The notes under the pieces are model-generated. The model was not told the DNA's origin and did no database searches. It was given only the letters and a program-made list of their open reading frames with translations. Of a DNA stretch of 64,000 bases, positions 1 through 8,106 are shown piece by piece (position 1 is the first letter of the stretch; each line of letters begins with the position of its first letter). Origin of the DNA: Ostreococcus lucimarinus (Eukaryota); the NCBI GenBank assembly GCA_000092065.1, contig CP000589.1; one strand, written 5' to 3'. The translations under genes were made by a program, and so were the position numbers.

Positions 1-1118
1 TCGTCGGCGTCGTTCCCGGACGCCGGCCATAGAAATAAAACCTTGTCGTTGTGGCTCGCGCACAGAGTCGCGAGCATCGTCTTACACGAACTCAGCGCCA
101 GTCGCACGCCCGCTCGTTCGATACCTCGCGCGTCGCACGCCAAAGTTTTCTGTTCAAACCGCGCGACTTTTTCGTATCCGTCTCCGCGCTGAGACTCGCG
201 GAAAATTCTCGTCGATGCCGTCGCGTCGCACGTCAGCGGGTGCGTGAGCGCGCGCGTGATCCGCCAAGTCAATTCATCGATCCATAAAAGGGCCTCGTTC
301 GACACGCACGTGACGATGAGACGTCCATCCTTCGCCCGAACGCTCGGCGCCGACGCGCCTCGAATCGTCGCTCGCCGGAGGCCTTCGGCCGAAAAAATCT
401 CCAGCGCCGGTCGCGCCTCCACCGCGCACGAATCGTCATAAATTAGAATCTCCTGCCCCCCTGCGCCGCCAAACTCGATCATCTGCGCATCGAAGCCCGG
501 AGGCAAGCGAAACGAGATCGCGCCTTCGTACGGCGCCGTCGCCGAGAACACCTCCACGCGTTCGCGCGCTTCGTCGTCGCGCGTCACGAACGCCATCCAC
601 CGTCCATCTCGCGACCGCGCGTGCGCGCTAAATCTGGAGCTACTCTTCCTCGCGTGCGCGATTCGAACGAAGTCGAATCCGTCTCGGTCGTCGAGCATCG
701 TCGTCGACGCGTCGCCGTCGCCGGCGAACGCGAGCGCGCCGTCGCCCGCGCGGAACGCCCGCGAGCACGCCCCGATGCCGCGCGCGACGCGCTCGAGCGT
801 CAACCCGCGGTCGTCGACGGTGACGACGCACGCGGTGCCGTCGTCGAGGACCACCGCGCAGACGTCGCGCGTCGCGTGCCAAGCGACAGACGCGATTGTG
901 CTTTCAAACTGTATCGCCTTCCCGACGCGTTCGTCGACGCGCGCGGCGCGCCGGAGCGTCAGATGGACGCCATCGCGCACGAGCGCGCGCGTGCGGTCGG
1001 GGCTGAGCGCGACGGAGCCGCGAAGATCGCGGTCGTCGAGCGCGAGGGCGGGCATGCTGTGCGGCTGGCGCCGGCGCGCGTCGCGCCGGCAGTCGGTGGC
1101 GCGGTCTATCTCTCGCAT
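1..1118 (-). CDS. Partial CDS; its C-terminus lies beyond the window start. Hypothetical protein, possibly beta-propeller/WD-like
   Basis: Hand translation of the minus strand finds an open frame from ATG at 1118..1116 (a second ATG at 1056) down through position 1 with no stop, over 370 codons. Composition is protein-like with hydrophobic cores (ILIYDDS, LIVTCVSNEALLWIDELTW, KVLFLWP). It is absent from the ORF track because there is no stop inside the window. No family recognised. Confidence 0.45.
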   Translation of the reverse strand, partial: MREIDRATDCRRDARRRQPHSMPALALDDRDLRGSVALSPDRTRALVRDGVHLTLRRAARVDERVGKAIQFESTIASVAWHATRDVCAVVLDDGTACVVTVDDRGLTLERVARGIGACSRAFRAGDGALAFAGDGDASTTMLDDRDGFDFVRIAHARKSSSRFSAHARSRDGRWMAFVTRDDEARERVEVFSATAPYEGAISFRLPPGFDAQMIEFGGAGGQEILIYDDSCAVEARPALEIFSAEGLRRATIRGASAPSVRAKDGRLIVTCVSNEALLWIDELTWRITRALTHPLTCDATASTRIFRESQRGDGYEKVARFEQKTLACDARGIERAGVRLALSSCKTMLATLCASHNDKVLFLWPASGNDAD

Positions 1119-1178
1119 AAAACTACGGCGCGGCGCCGCGCGGGAGCTATGTCTAATAACACTGGCTGCGTCGATCAC

Positions 1179-2225
1179 TCAGACGTTGCCGTCGGCCTGG
1201 ACGCCGTCGTAGGAGACTCTGTACGCCGGGAATTGGCTGGCGTCGATGACGCCGCAACCGATGTCTCGCACAGTGACGTTCAAGCGACCGTTGAGCATTT
1301 TCCCACGCAAGTGACCGGGCATCGATCCCGGGTACACGTTTAACACGCTGTGCACGATCATGCGCGAAGGGCCGCCGAAGAGCAAGACGTCGCCCGAGTT
1401 CAGGCGCACGACTTTGTGCTCGGGATCGTCAAACGAATATTTGTACCCAAAGTCGCCGCTCAGCCCTACGGAGAAACTCACGATGGGCGGACCCGTGCGC
1501 GATTTTACGAGCTTTGGATCTTCACTATCTTTGTGCCACTTGAACTCGGCGCCGTCTTTGTAAAAGTTTACCAGGCACGTCGTCGGGTTCATGTTTGTCG
1601 GCATCTCGGCGTCCGCGGCGCACGCCGCCGCCACCGCGTCCTCGCACATCTGCGTCAAAATCCCGTCTGGAAACGCATCGGGTTCGAGGATCATCCGCCC
1701 ACGACTACCTTGATTCAGCTTGAACGTCCCATCTCCCATCTTCGCGAAGAAACCTTGCCCGCGCGCGGCGTCGTCGGATCCTGATTCGCCGAGCGCGAAC
1801 GATTCGCTCGCCAACCACATTTGCGCCTCCACGCTCAAAAACTTCCTCAAGCACACCAATCCTGGTCCGAGACGCTCCGTCTTAAATCCGTGCGGCTTTT
1901 TCTCTCGTTCACGCGTCGATTTCACCGCCGCGTCGTCGTCTAAATCCCGTCCGACGCACTCTCGCAGCCGCCTCCGGTCCAACGCCGACGGCGTCGTCGC
2001 GATCACCTCTCGCGCCGTCGCCCTCGTCACCCCCCCCGTCCGCGCGCACTCCACCAATACTTTCGCGAACTCCGACGTCGTCACCTCCCGGCGCTGAAAC
2101 GCCCGCGCGTGCGCGCGCAGCGCGTCGTACGCTTTCTTCGCCAGCTGTCCCCGCAACGCCTTCGCGAGCTTCTGACACCGCCCTCTGGCGCCTTCGCCGC
2201 CCGTCGCGTCTCGCGCGTCGTCCAT
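1179..2225 (-). CDS. AlkB-family 2OG-Fe(II) dioxygenase (nucleic-acid demethylase-like)
   Basis: The C-terminal ~200 aa of ORF 1179..3095 carry a double-stranded beta-helix with the WHKDSED...H iron-binding pattern (GPPIVSFSVGLS...HSVLNV...RLNVTVR). Start taken at MDDARD, ATG 2225..2223; the longer upstream ORF is GC read-through that overlaps the SNARE gene. Confidence 0.7.
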   Translation of the reverse strand: MDDARDATGGEGARGRCQKLAKALRGQLAKKAYDALRAHARAFQRREVTTSEFAKVLVECARTGGVTRATAREVIATTPSALDRRRLRECVGRDLDDDAAVKSTREREKKPHGFKTERLGPGLVCLRKFLSVEAQMWLASESFALGESGSDDAARGQGFFAKMGDGTFKLNQGSRGRMILEPDAFPDGILTQMCEDAVAAACAADAEMPTNMNPTTCLVNFYKDGAEFKWHKDSEDPKLVKSRTGPPIVSFSVGLSGDFGYKYSFDDPEHKVVRLNSGDVLLFGGPSRMIVHSVLNVYPGSMPGHLRGKMLNGRLNVTVRDIGCGVIDASQFPAYRVSYDGVQADGNV

Positions 2226-2330
2226 CGCGGTGTCGTCCGCGCCTCGACCGCGCGCGCGTCGACGCTCGACGCCCGCGCGCGCCGCTCTGTCGCCATTCGT
2301 CGACGCATCGCGTCGCGTCGCCGCATCGTC

Positions 2331-3029
2331 ATGACGGACGCGCGTCGCTACGACCGCGCGAACGACCCGTACTACGTCGTGCGCGACGAGATCGCGCGCC
2401 ACGTCGACGACCTCGCGCGCCGCGCGCGGAGCGGCGCCGCGAGCGCGACGGTAAGCGCGGCGCTCGAGCGAGACATCGAGAGCGCGCGCTGGGAGCTCGA
2501 CGAACTCGACCGCGCGATCGCGGTCGCGGAGCGCGAGAGCGCGCGGTACAAGCTCGACGCGCGCGAGATCGACGAAAGGAAACGGTGGAGCGCGCGGGCG
2601 CGCGAGGCGGTGGACGAAGCGATGGCGACGACGCGCGCGAGGGCTCGAGCGGGACGCGCGAACGGGGACGGCGACGGCGACGCGAACGGGACGACGACGC
2701 GAACGGCGGGAGACGCGGGCGTCGGTGAGGCGGGATTCGACGATCATCAACAGTTGCTCGTGCGAAGGCAAGACGAGGATCTGGACGACATATCGGCGAG
2801 CATAACGCGCATCGGACAAGTCGGTTTGACCATCGGCGAGGAGCTCGCGTCGCAGTCGAAAATGTTGGAGGACTTGGACGAAGACGTCGACGGCGTCAAC
2901 GCGAGGTTGGCGGCGGCGGAGCGAAAGATGCGAGATGTTTTGAAAAAGGTCGGTCTGCGCGGACAGCTTTGCGTGATTTTCTTCTTGACCGTCGTGTTGT
3001 TCGTCTTGTTCGCGATCGCGTTTCAGTGA
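2331..3029 (+). CDS. Qc-SNARE (syntaxin-6/8, SYP5/6-like t-SNARE)
   Basis: C-terminal SNARE coiled-coil motif (ITRIGQVGLTIGEELASQSKMLEDLDEDVDGVNARLAAAERKMRDVLKK) followed by a transmembrane anchor (LCVIFFLTVVLFVLFAIAF). ATG at 2331 (MTDARRYDRANDPYYVVRDEI). Confidence 0.7.
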   Translation: MTDARRYDRANDPYYVVRDEIARHVDDLARRARSGAASATVSAALERDIESARWELDELDRAIAVAERESARYKLDAREIDERKRWSARAREAVDEAMATTRARARAGRANGDGDGDANGTTTRTAGDAGVGEAGFDDHQQLLVRRQDEDLDDISASITRIGQVGLTIGEELASQSKMLEDLDEDVDGVNARLAAAERKMRDVLKKVGLRGQLCVIFFLTVVLFVLFAIAFQ

Positions 3030-3148
3030 CGCACGCGGCGTCGGCGCGTCGCGGTTCGCTAGTCTAATACTTGCAATATTGTACTGTACAAACACTTCCT
3101 TCGTCTTCGTCCTCTCTAATCGTCGCCGCGCGCGCTAACATCGTTTAT

Positions 3149-3931
3149 TTAATCGTCCCACGACAACACCTTGGTGGTGTCCCAACGCGCGACGCCGCTT
3201 CGCGTCACCGCGTCGTCCACCATGCGCTCGGCGTCCTCCAGCGCGACGTCGACGATTTCGTATCCGAGCATCCCTCGCATCGTCCCTCGCACGCGTTCGA
3301 ATATCTCATCGCGCTCGTACCCTCGATCGCGCAATCGCGTCACGAAATCTCCGTGCGCGCGTCCGTTCCTGTACGCCGGCGCGCGTTCCGGCGTCTTCAG
3401 CGTCGCCGCCATCGCGTCCTCGTCGTAGTCGTACAGAAACGACGTGTGGTGCAAAAACCTTCCCCTCGTGATCGCCTGCGCGTTCCCTCCGAACTTTCGC
3501 GTCCCGAACGCGTAATCGTTCTCTCGCAGCGCGAACGTCCCGCACTTATCGAACACCCGCGCGTACACCTCTCCCGTCGCCGCCATCACTCTTCGCGGGT
3601 GCGTCTCGCGTTCGCGCACCATCGCGTCGTCGCCCGCGTTCATCGTCATCCCCACGAACAGCGTGTCGCCGTCGCACGCGATCGTCCCACCGCCCGTGAA
3701 TCGTCGCACGAGTTTCACGTCGCGCCTTCGCGCCTCTCGCGCGTCGACCAAGCGCTCGACCGCGCCGGAGACGCCCAACACGACGGCGCGTCGCGCCGCG
3801 CCGTCGAGCGTCGTGAGCCAATCCTCGCTCGCGCGGTGTCGCAGCAGCCCCTCCTCGAGTCGCAGGAACCGCGCGATGTCGACCGATCGCGCGTGGACGT
3901 GGTACAGCGCTCGCGACGCGCCGCGCGCCAT
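3149..3931 (-). CDS. Lipoate/biotin protein ligase family (LplA-like catalytic domain)
   Basis: VRRFTGGGTIACDGDTLFVGMTM matches the BPL/LplA RRxSGGGAVxHDxGN signature. Complete ORF in the track. Confidence 0.55.
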   Translation of the reverse strand: MARGASRALYHVHARSVDIARFLRLEEGLLRHRASEDWLTTLDGAARRAVVLGVSGAVERLVDAREARRRDVKLVRRFTGGGTIACDGDTLFVGMTMNAGDDAMVRERETHPRRVMAATGEVYARVFDKCGTFALRENDYAFGTRKFGGNAQAITRGRFLHHTSFLYDYDEDAMAATLKTPERAPAYRNGRAHGDFVTRLRDRGYERDEIFERVRGTMRGMLGYEIVDVALEDAERMVDDAVTRSGVARWDTTKVLSWDD

Positions 3932-4013
3932 GCGCGTCGCGCGTCGCGTCGCGATGTGTCGTCATCGGCGGCTCAGCCTTCGTCGGCGTTCGCCACTCAT
4001 CGGCGCTTCGGCG

Positions 4014-5090
4014 ATGACGGACGTCGAGCTCAAGGCGTCGCGCGCGCTCGAGGCCGCGCGCGCGTTCCTCGCGCGCTCGCCCGCGAGCGCGCGCGCGCCG
4101 AGCGCGACGACGCGCGCGAGGAACGCGCTGAATGTGAATCTCGACGCGACGTTTTCCGCGGCGACGAGCGACGACGCGAGGACGGACGCGGACGCGGCGA
4201 CGACGGGACGCGCGCCGGAGACGCCCGCGTCGGTGGCGTTGGAGCTGTCGAGCGAGAGCGACGACGACGACGACGCGGCGACGGGCGGCGACGACGCGCG
4301 GGAGAGAGGCGAGGAAGGGCGACGGGTGAGGCTCGAAGTGGACGAAGACGAGGACGTCGACGACGGCGCGCGCGATGGTGGGGAATCGGACTCCGAGGGC
4401 GTGTTCGCGGTGGCGATCAAACGCGAGCGAGACGAGGCGGAGGCGGAGGCGGAGGCGGAGGCGGAGGCGGAGGCGGAGGCGGAGGCGGAGGCGGAAACCG
4501 GCGGCGAGGCGGAGGCGAACGCCGAGACCGCGGCGGCGTTGCGAGCGAATATCGACGCGTTGCGCGAAGAGTTGGAAGAGTCGAGATGGGCGCGCGAGGC
4601 GCTGGAGACGCGCGTGCAGGAGGCGGAGAAGATCGCCGCCGAGGCGCGCTCGAAGACAATCGAGAGCGCGTTGGATCCGCAAAACCAGTTGACGAACGAG
4701 CAAGTGGCCGCGCTCAGGGCGGAGATCGAACAAGTGGAGTATTTGAAACGTTTACTCGCGCGCGCGGAGCAGATGCGTAACGTCGCGCGCGCGGAGACGA
4801 AACAGGCGCGCGACAAACACGAGAGCGATTTGGAAATCGTTCGCAAGGAAGTCGCCGTCATGGACGCCGAGATGGAAAATTTACGGCGGCGCGTGAAAAA
4901 GGACAAAGCGAAAATTGAGGCGATGGAACGCACGACCATCGAGGCCGCGGATGAATTCGCGACGCTGTACTCGCGACAAGAGAACACCAGACGTCTCCTC
5001 GGCGCGTGCATCGTCGCCATCCTCGCCCTCGTCGTGCGCCTCGGTCTATCGGGGCAAACTTTCATGATGAAAAACATGTATCAGTACTGA
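4014..5090 (+). CDS. Coiled-coil, tail-anchored membrane protein with an (EA)10 repeat
   Basis: ATG at 4014 (MTDVELKAS). Acidic region, then (EA)10, then a long coiled coil (LRANIDALREELEESRWAREALETRVQEAEK...), then a C-terminal TM (LLGACIVAILALVVRLGLSG). The start sits 83 nt from the LplA-like gene on the other strand. Confidence 0.5.
   Translation: MTDVELKASRALEAARAFLARSPASARAPSATTRARNALNVNLDATFSAATSDDARTDADAATTGRAPETPASVALELSSESDDDDDAATGGDDARERGEEGRRVRLEVDEDEDVDDGARDGGESDSEGVFAVAIKRERDEAEAEAEAEAEAEAEAEAEAETGGEAEANAETAAALRANIDALREELEESRWAREALETRVQEAEKIAAEARSKTIESALDPQNQLTNEQVAALRAEIEQVEYLKRLLARAEQMRNVARAETKQARDKHESDLEIVRKEVAVMDAEMENLRRRVKKDKAKIEAMERTTIEAADEFATLYSRQENTRRLLGACIVAILALVVRLGLSGQTFMMKNMYQY
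4432..4494 (+). repeat. Hexanucleotide microsatellite (GAGGCG)n encoding (EA)n
   Basis: gaggcggaggcggaggcg... seen directly in the sequence. Read in other frames it gives the poly-Gly and poly-Pro artefact ORFs in the track. Confidence 0.9.
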
Positions 5091-5135
5091 TGTAAGAACA
5101 TAAACGCGCGCTTCGTTCTAAACCCCCATCGGCGA

Positions 5136-5492
5136 TCATTTGCCGCGCTGACCCGCGACGCCGCCGTCGACGTCGTGTTTCCAGTCGAGAAGTCTCTGTA
5201 GCGCGTCGTCGCTCATCGAACGCGTCTCCGGGACGACGTATCGCAAATGTTTGATTTCTTCCACGGCAGAATCATATCCGTGCTGCTTTGCGTGGACATC
5301 GCGCAGTTTTTTTGATATCTTGCGTAGTGACTCGAGGTCTTGTTCGTGCACGTACGCGGCCTCGGCGGCGCGGTCGCGAGCCTTCACCCAGTCTGTTGCG
5401 CCGACGCCGACTGTTTTCGAGTAACACCGCGCCGGCGCATCGCGAACGAGCGCGCGCCGTGCGAACCGAGTCGTGATCGCCGTGAGTGACAT
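5136..5492 (-). CDS. Small hypothetical protein (118 aa), possibly organelle-targeted
   Basis: Complete ORF with an R/A-rich N-terminus and non-repetitive composition (HGYDSAVEEIKHLRYVVPETRSMSDDALQRLLDWKHDVDGG). No family recognised. Confidence 0.35.
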   Translation of the reverse strand: MSLTAITTRFARRALVRDAPARCYSKTVGVGATDWVKARDRAAEAAYVHEQDLESLRKISKKLRDVHAKQHGYDSAVEEIKHLRYVVPETRSMSDDALQRLLDWKHDVDGGVAGQRGK

Positions 5493-5580
5493 GCGTTTGC
5501 GTTTTTGAAGCGCGAGCGGTGTCGGCGCGAGGCGAGGTGTGCGGCGCGCGAATAATTGAAAACAACGAGATGGGATTAAA

Positions 5581-7224
5581 TCACGGCGCCGCCGAGGTCG
5601 CGTTGGAGACGCCTAAAGGCTGGACTTCAGCTATCGGGCCTTCGCGAATGAACGCGGCCCAGTAATCGGGCATGAGAAGGGCAAGAATGTGCGGCTCGGT
5701 GTCGCGCTCTAACGCGACCTCGAGCGTCAAGACGTCTTCGAGGAGCTTCTCGAGAGATTTGCTCACCTTGGAAAACATCGGACCGAGAGTCTGCGCGGCG
5801 CGAGAAGCGTCCGCGGGAGAAAGCCAAAGATGTTCGCGCAAAGCGGGGAGAGAACCCCCTTGAGCGCCTCGCAAGGAGTTGAGTTGTGCTGTGAGTACAC
5901 CGCGCAAATTTTTCGCTTCGCTGAGCAATCGCGCGCACTCTTCGGCGTCGCCGTCGGCGCGGCAGGCGCGGCCGAACAAGCCCGCTAATAAATACTGCAC
6001 CTGTTTCGTCCCACGATCCTGCGCGAGACGCTCTAAAATCCAATCTTTGATCATCATTGCCTCATTCGGGCGCTGCCACAACACGTTCACGAGCAACAAG
6101 GTGTCGAATTCGCTCACCTCGTCGCGGTTGTTCGTGTACGCCGCGACGCGCAACATTTGCACCGCCTTGAGCAAGCGACGATCGGAAACGTACACCGGCG
6201 GCTCACACTTGTCTTGCAAAAACGTTCGTAAGTCAGTGATCAGCTCGATGACGTTCGTCGGTACCTCGGTCTCCGCCGCGGCTTCGTATCGAATGTTCGC
6301 AAAGTCCTCCGGCTTGAGTCGGGTGTCGCTCGTCGAGACGCCGCCGTGATCGTTCGCCTTGGACCCGATCGCCGCCTCGCCGCCGAGAGATAGCAACTTC
6401 CCGAGCCCACCGGCGGATACTTGTTCGACGCTCGATCGCAATAAAAATCGATCGTACAGCGCGTCCAACTCCTCGCTCTCCGGTAATTCATTCGAAGCGC
6501 CGACCAAGCACAACAGCGGCACGTCGACGCGTTCGCTCCCGTTATCAAACAACCTCTCGTTCAATATCGTCAACAGCGAGTTCAAGATGGCTGAATTCGC
6601 CTTAAAAATTTCATCCACAAACGCCACGTTGGCGCTGGGCAGATATCCATCAATCTTCCGCACGTACTCATCGTTTTCCAGCCCCTTCATGCTCAGCGGT
6701 CCAAACAACTCCTCCGGCACCGAAAACCGCGTGAGCAATCGTTCAAAAAATTGCCCTCCCTCGCACAGCGCGCTCAGCCGGCGTCCAAGTTCGCTCTTCG
6801 CCGTCCCAGGCGGTCCGAGCAACAGCAAGTGTTCTCCGCAGCACGCCGCCAGCAGCAACAACCGCGTCTCCGTCTCGCGTTCCACCAAACCTCGCTCCAG
6901 CGCCGTCGTCGCCGCCGCGATCTTCCTCGACAGTTCCTCCCTCCGCGCGCTCGACGACGCCATCCCGTCCTTTGCGTGCGCGTCCGCGTCGACGTCGGTC
7001 TCTCCGCTCACGATCGGCGCCATGCGCTCGCGCACGCGCTCGCGCACCGCGCGCTCCTCGGCCGATATCTGCGCATCCTGCTCGCGCTGTCGCCGCTTCC
7101 ACTCCGGCTCGTCCGCGTCCGCGGCGCGCGCGATCGCGCGACCGCGCGGTCGGACCTCGCGTCGGTCGCGCGCGCGCGCCGGGATCGCGCCGACGCGCGA
7201 CGCGCGCGCCATCGCGAGCGCCAT
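5581..7224 (-). CDS. RavA/MoxR-type AAA+ ATPase
   Basis: LLLGPPGTAKSELGRRLS...FERLLTRFSVPEELFGPLSMKGLEND...YLPSANVAFVDEIFKANSAILNSLLTILNERLFDNGSERVDVPLLCLVGASNELPESEELDALYDRFLLR is near-collinear with E. coli RavA, including PPVYVSDRRLLKAVQMLRVAAY. Start set at MALAMARAS (ATG 7224..7222); the upstream ORF extension overlaps the divergent PsbP gene. Confidence 0.75.
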   Translation of the reverse strand: MALAMARASRVGAIPARARDRREVRPRGRAIARAADADEPEWKRRQREQDAQISAEERAVRERVRERMAPIVSGETDVDADAHAKDGMASSSARREELSRKIAAATTALERGLVERETETRLLLLAACCGEHLLLLGPPGTAKSELGRRLSALCEGGQFFERLLTRFSVPEELFGPLSMKGLENDEYVRKIDGYLPSANVAFVDEIFKANSAILNSLLTILNERLFDNGSERVDVPLLCLVGASNELPESEELDALYDRFLLRSSVEQVSAGGLGKLLSLGGEAAIGSKANDHGGVSTSDTRLKPEDFANIRYEAAAETEVPTNVIELITDLRTFLQDKCEPPVYVSDRRLLKAVQMLRVAAYTNNRDEVSEFDTLLLVNVLWQRPNEAMMIKDWILERLAQDRGTKQVQYLLAGLFGRACRADGDAEECARLLSEAKNLRGVLTAQLNSLRGAQGGSLPALREHLWLSPADASRAAQTLGPMFSKVSKSLEKLLEDVLTLEVALERDTEPHILALLMPDYWAAFIREGPIAEVQPLGVSNATSAAP

Positions 7225-7294
7225 GGATGAATGCGTGCGCGCGCGGCAATCTGACGTCAGCGCGTCGTCGTCGTTATCCGCACACGCGCGCGCG

Positions 7295-7406
7295 ATGCGA
7301 GGCGCGCTCGCGACGCCGCGCGCGACGCGCGGCGCGCGACGCGACGCCGCGACGGTCGGTCGACGCGGGCGCGCGACGCGCGCGCGCGCGGCGACGCGCG
7401 GCGACG

Positions 7407-7437
<31 letters not shown>

Positions 7438-8089
7438 ACGGCGCGCGCTGGTCGCGCTGGTCGCGCTCGCGAACGCGCGACGCGCGAACGCGGGTCCGGC
7501 GACGCGACCGTTCGTCGTCGACGCGGTGAAGAACGAGCGATGGGTGGCCGTGGACGCGACGTTCGAGGTGCCGGCGACGTGGGCGAACAGGCCGGGGCAA
7601 CGCGCGAGGGTGGATAAATACGTCCTGTACACGGATACGTACGGGCCGAATTATCGGTACACGACGACGGTGCCGAAACTGCTCGGCGACGGCGAGGCGA
7701 AGATCGATCAACTCGCGCTGGTCGTCGTGTCGAGGGAGGGATTGGAGAGCGTGGGGGATTTGGGGACGATTGAAAGGATCGATCCCGCGCGCGCGTTCGG
7801 CGTGGAAGGTTTCGAGGGATTGGCGGCGAGCGAGGTCGCGAAGGCGAGCGTGAGAGAGGACGCGGGCAAGCAAACGTATTATCAGTGGGAGCTCTTCGAT
7901 GGCCAACATCGATTTTTGATGTCGGCGTGCGTGTCGGGAGGGGGGTTGTATTGCTGGGTCGCTCAAATCGACGGCGCGCGGTTCGACGCCGACGCGGAGA
8001 CGTACAGGGCGGTTTTGGACTCGGTGAACATCCCGCTCGTGGAAGAATCGCGTAACGATATGTCTAGTCGTATTTATGAAACCCGCTAG
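7295..8089 (+). CDS. PsbP-domain protein (PSII PsbP-like / PPD family, thylakoid lumen)
   Basis: C-terminal PsbP pattern (QTYYQWELFDGQHRFLMSACVSGGGLYCWVAQIDGARFDADAETYRAVLDSVN). N-terminal R/T-rich targeting region containing TTTTTTTTT from a (GAC)n repeat. ATG at 7295, with an alternative ATG at 7223. Confidence 0.6.
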
Positions 8090-8106
8090 TGATTGGGATG
8101 CAATAA

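Noticed and set aside
1118-1181. A 38-nt mini-intron (GTCTGAGTG...CATAG) that would splice out the AlkB stop codon and fuse AlkB to the downstream ORF
   Set aside because: It is too short and lacks the ACTGAC branch signal seen in every other intron here. The AlkB-downstream ORF relationship is reported as an open question instead.
621-1343. Plus-strand ORF 621..1343 (240 aa) and minus ORF 640..882
   Set aside because: Both are R/A/D-rich junk. The opposite-strand frame through the same region reads as a genuine non-repetitive protein running off the window edge (feature 1..1118), so the plus ORF is an antisense artefact.
3071-4780. Very long overlapping ORFs on both strands. Examples are 3071..4780 (+), 3546..4733 (-), 3962..5077 (-), 9910..11187 (+), 10736..11899 (-), 19266..20747 (+), 20666..21748 (-), 27564..28544 (-), 33823..35160 (+), 34214..35602 (-), 40716..41522 (-), 44046..45311 (-) and 51312..52436 (-).
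   Set aside because: Their translations are Arg/Ala/Pro/Gly-rich low-complexity strings typical of stop-codon-poor GC-rich DNA. Each overlaps, in another frame or strand, an ORF with clear domain homology, so they are frame artefacts.
6359-7290. N-terminal ~300 codons of ORF 6359..8089 (+), and ORF 22227..23627 preceding the small membrane protein
   Set aside because: Only the C-terminal parts (PsbP domain from 7295; membrane protein from 23628) look like protein. The upstream portions are antisense to the RavA-like gene or built from (GTC)n repeats.
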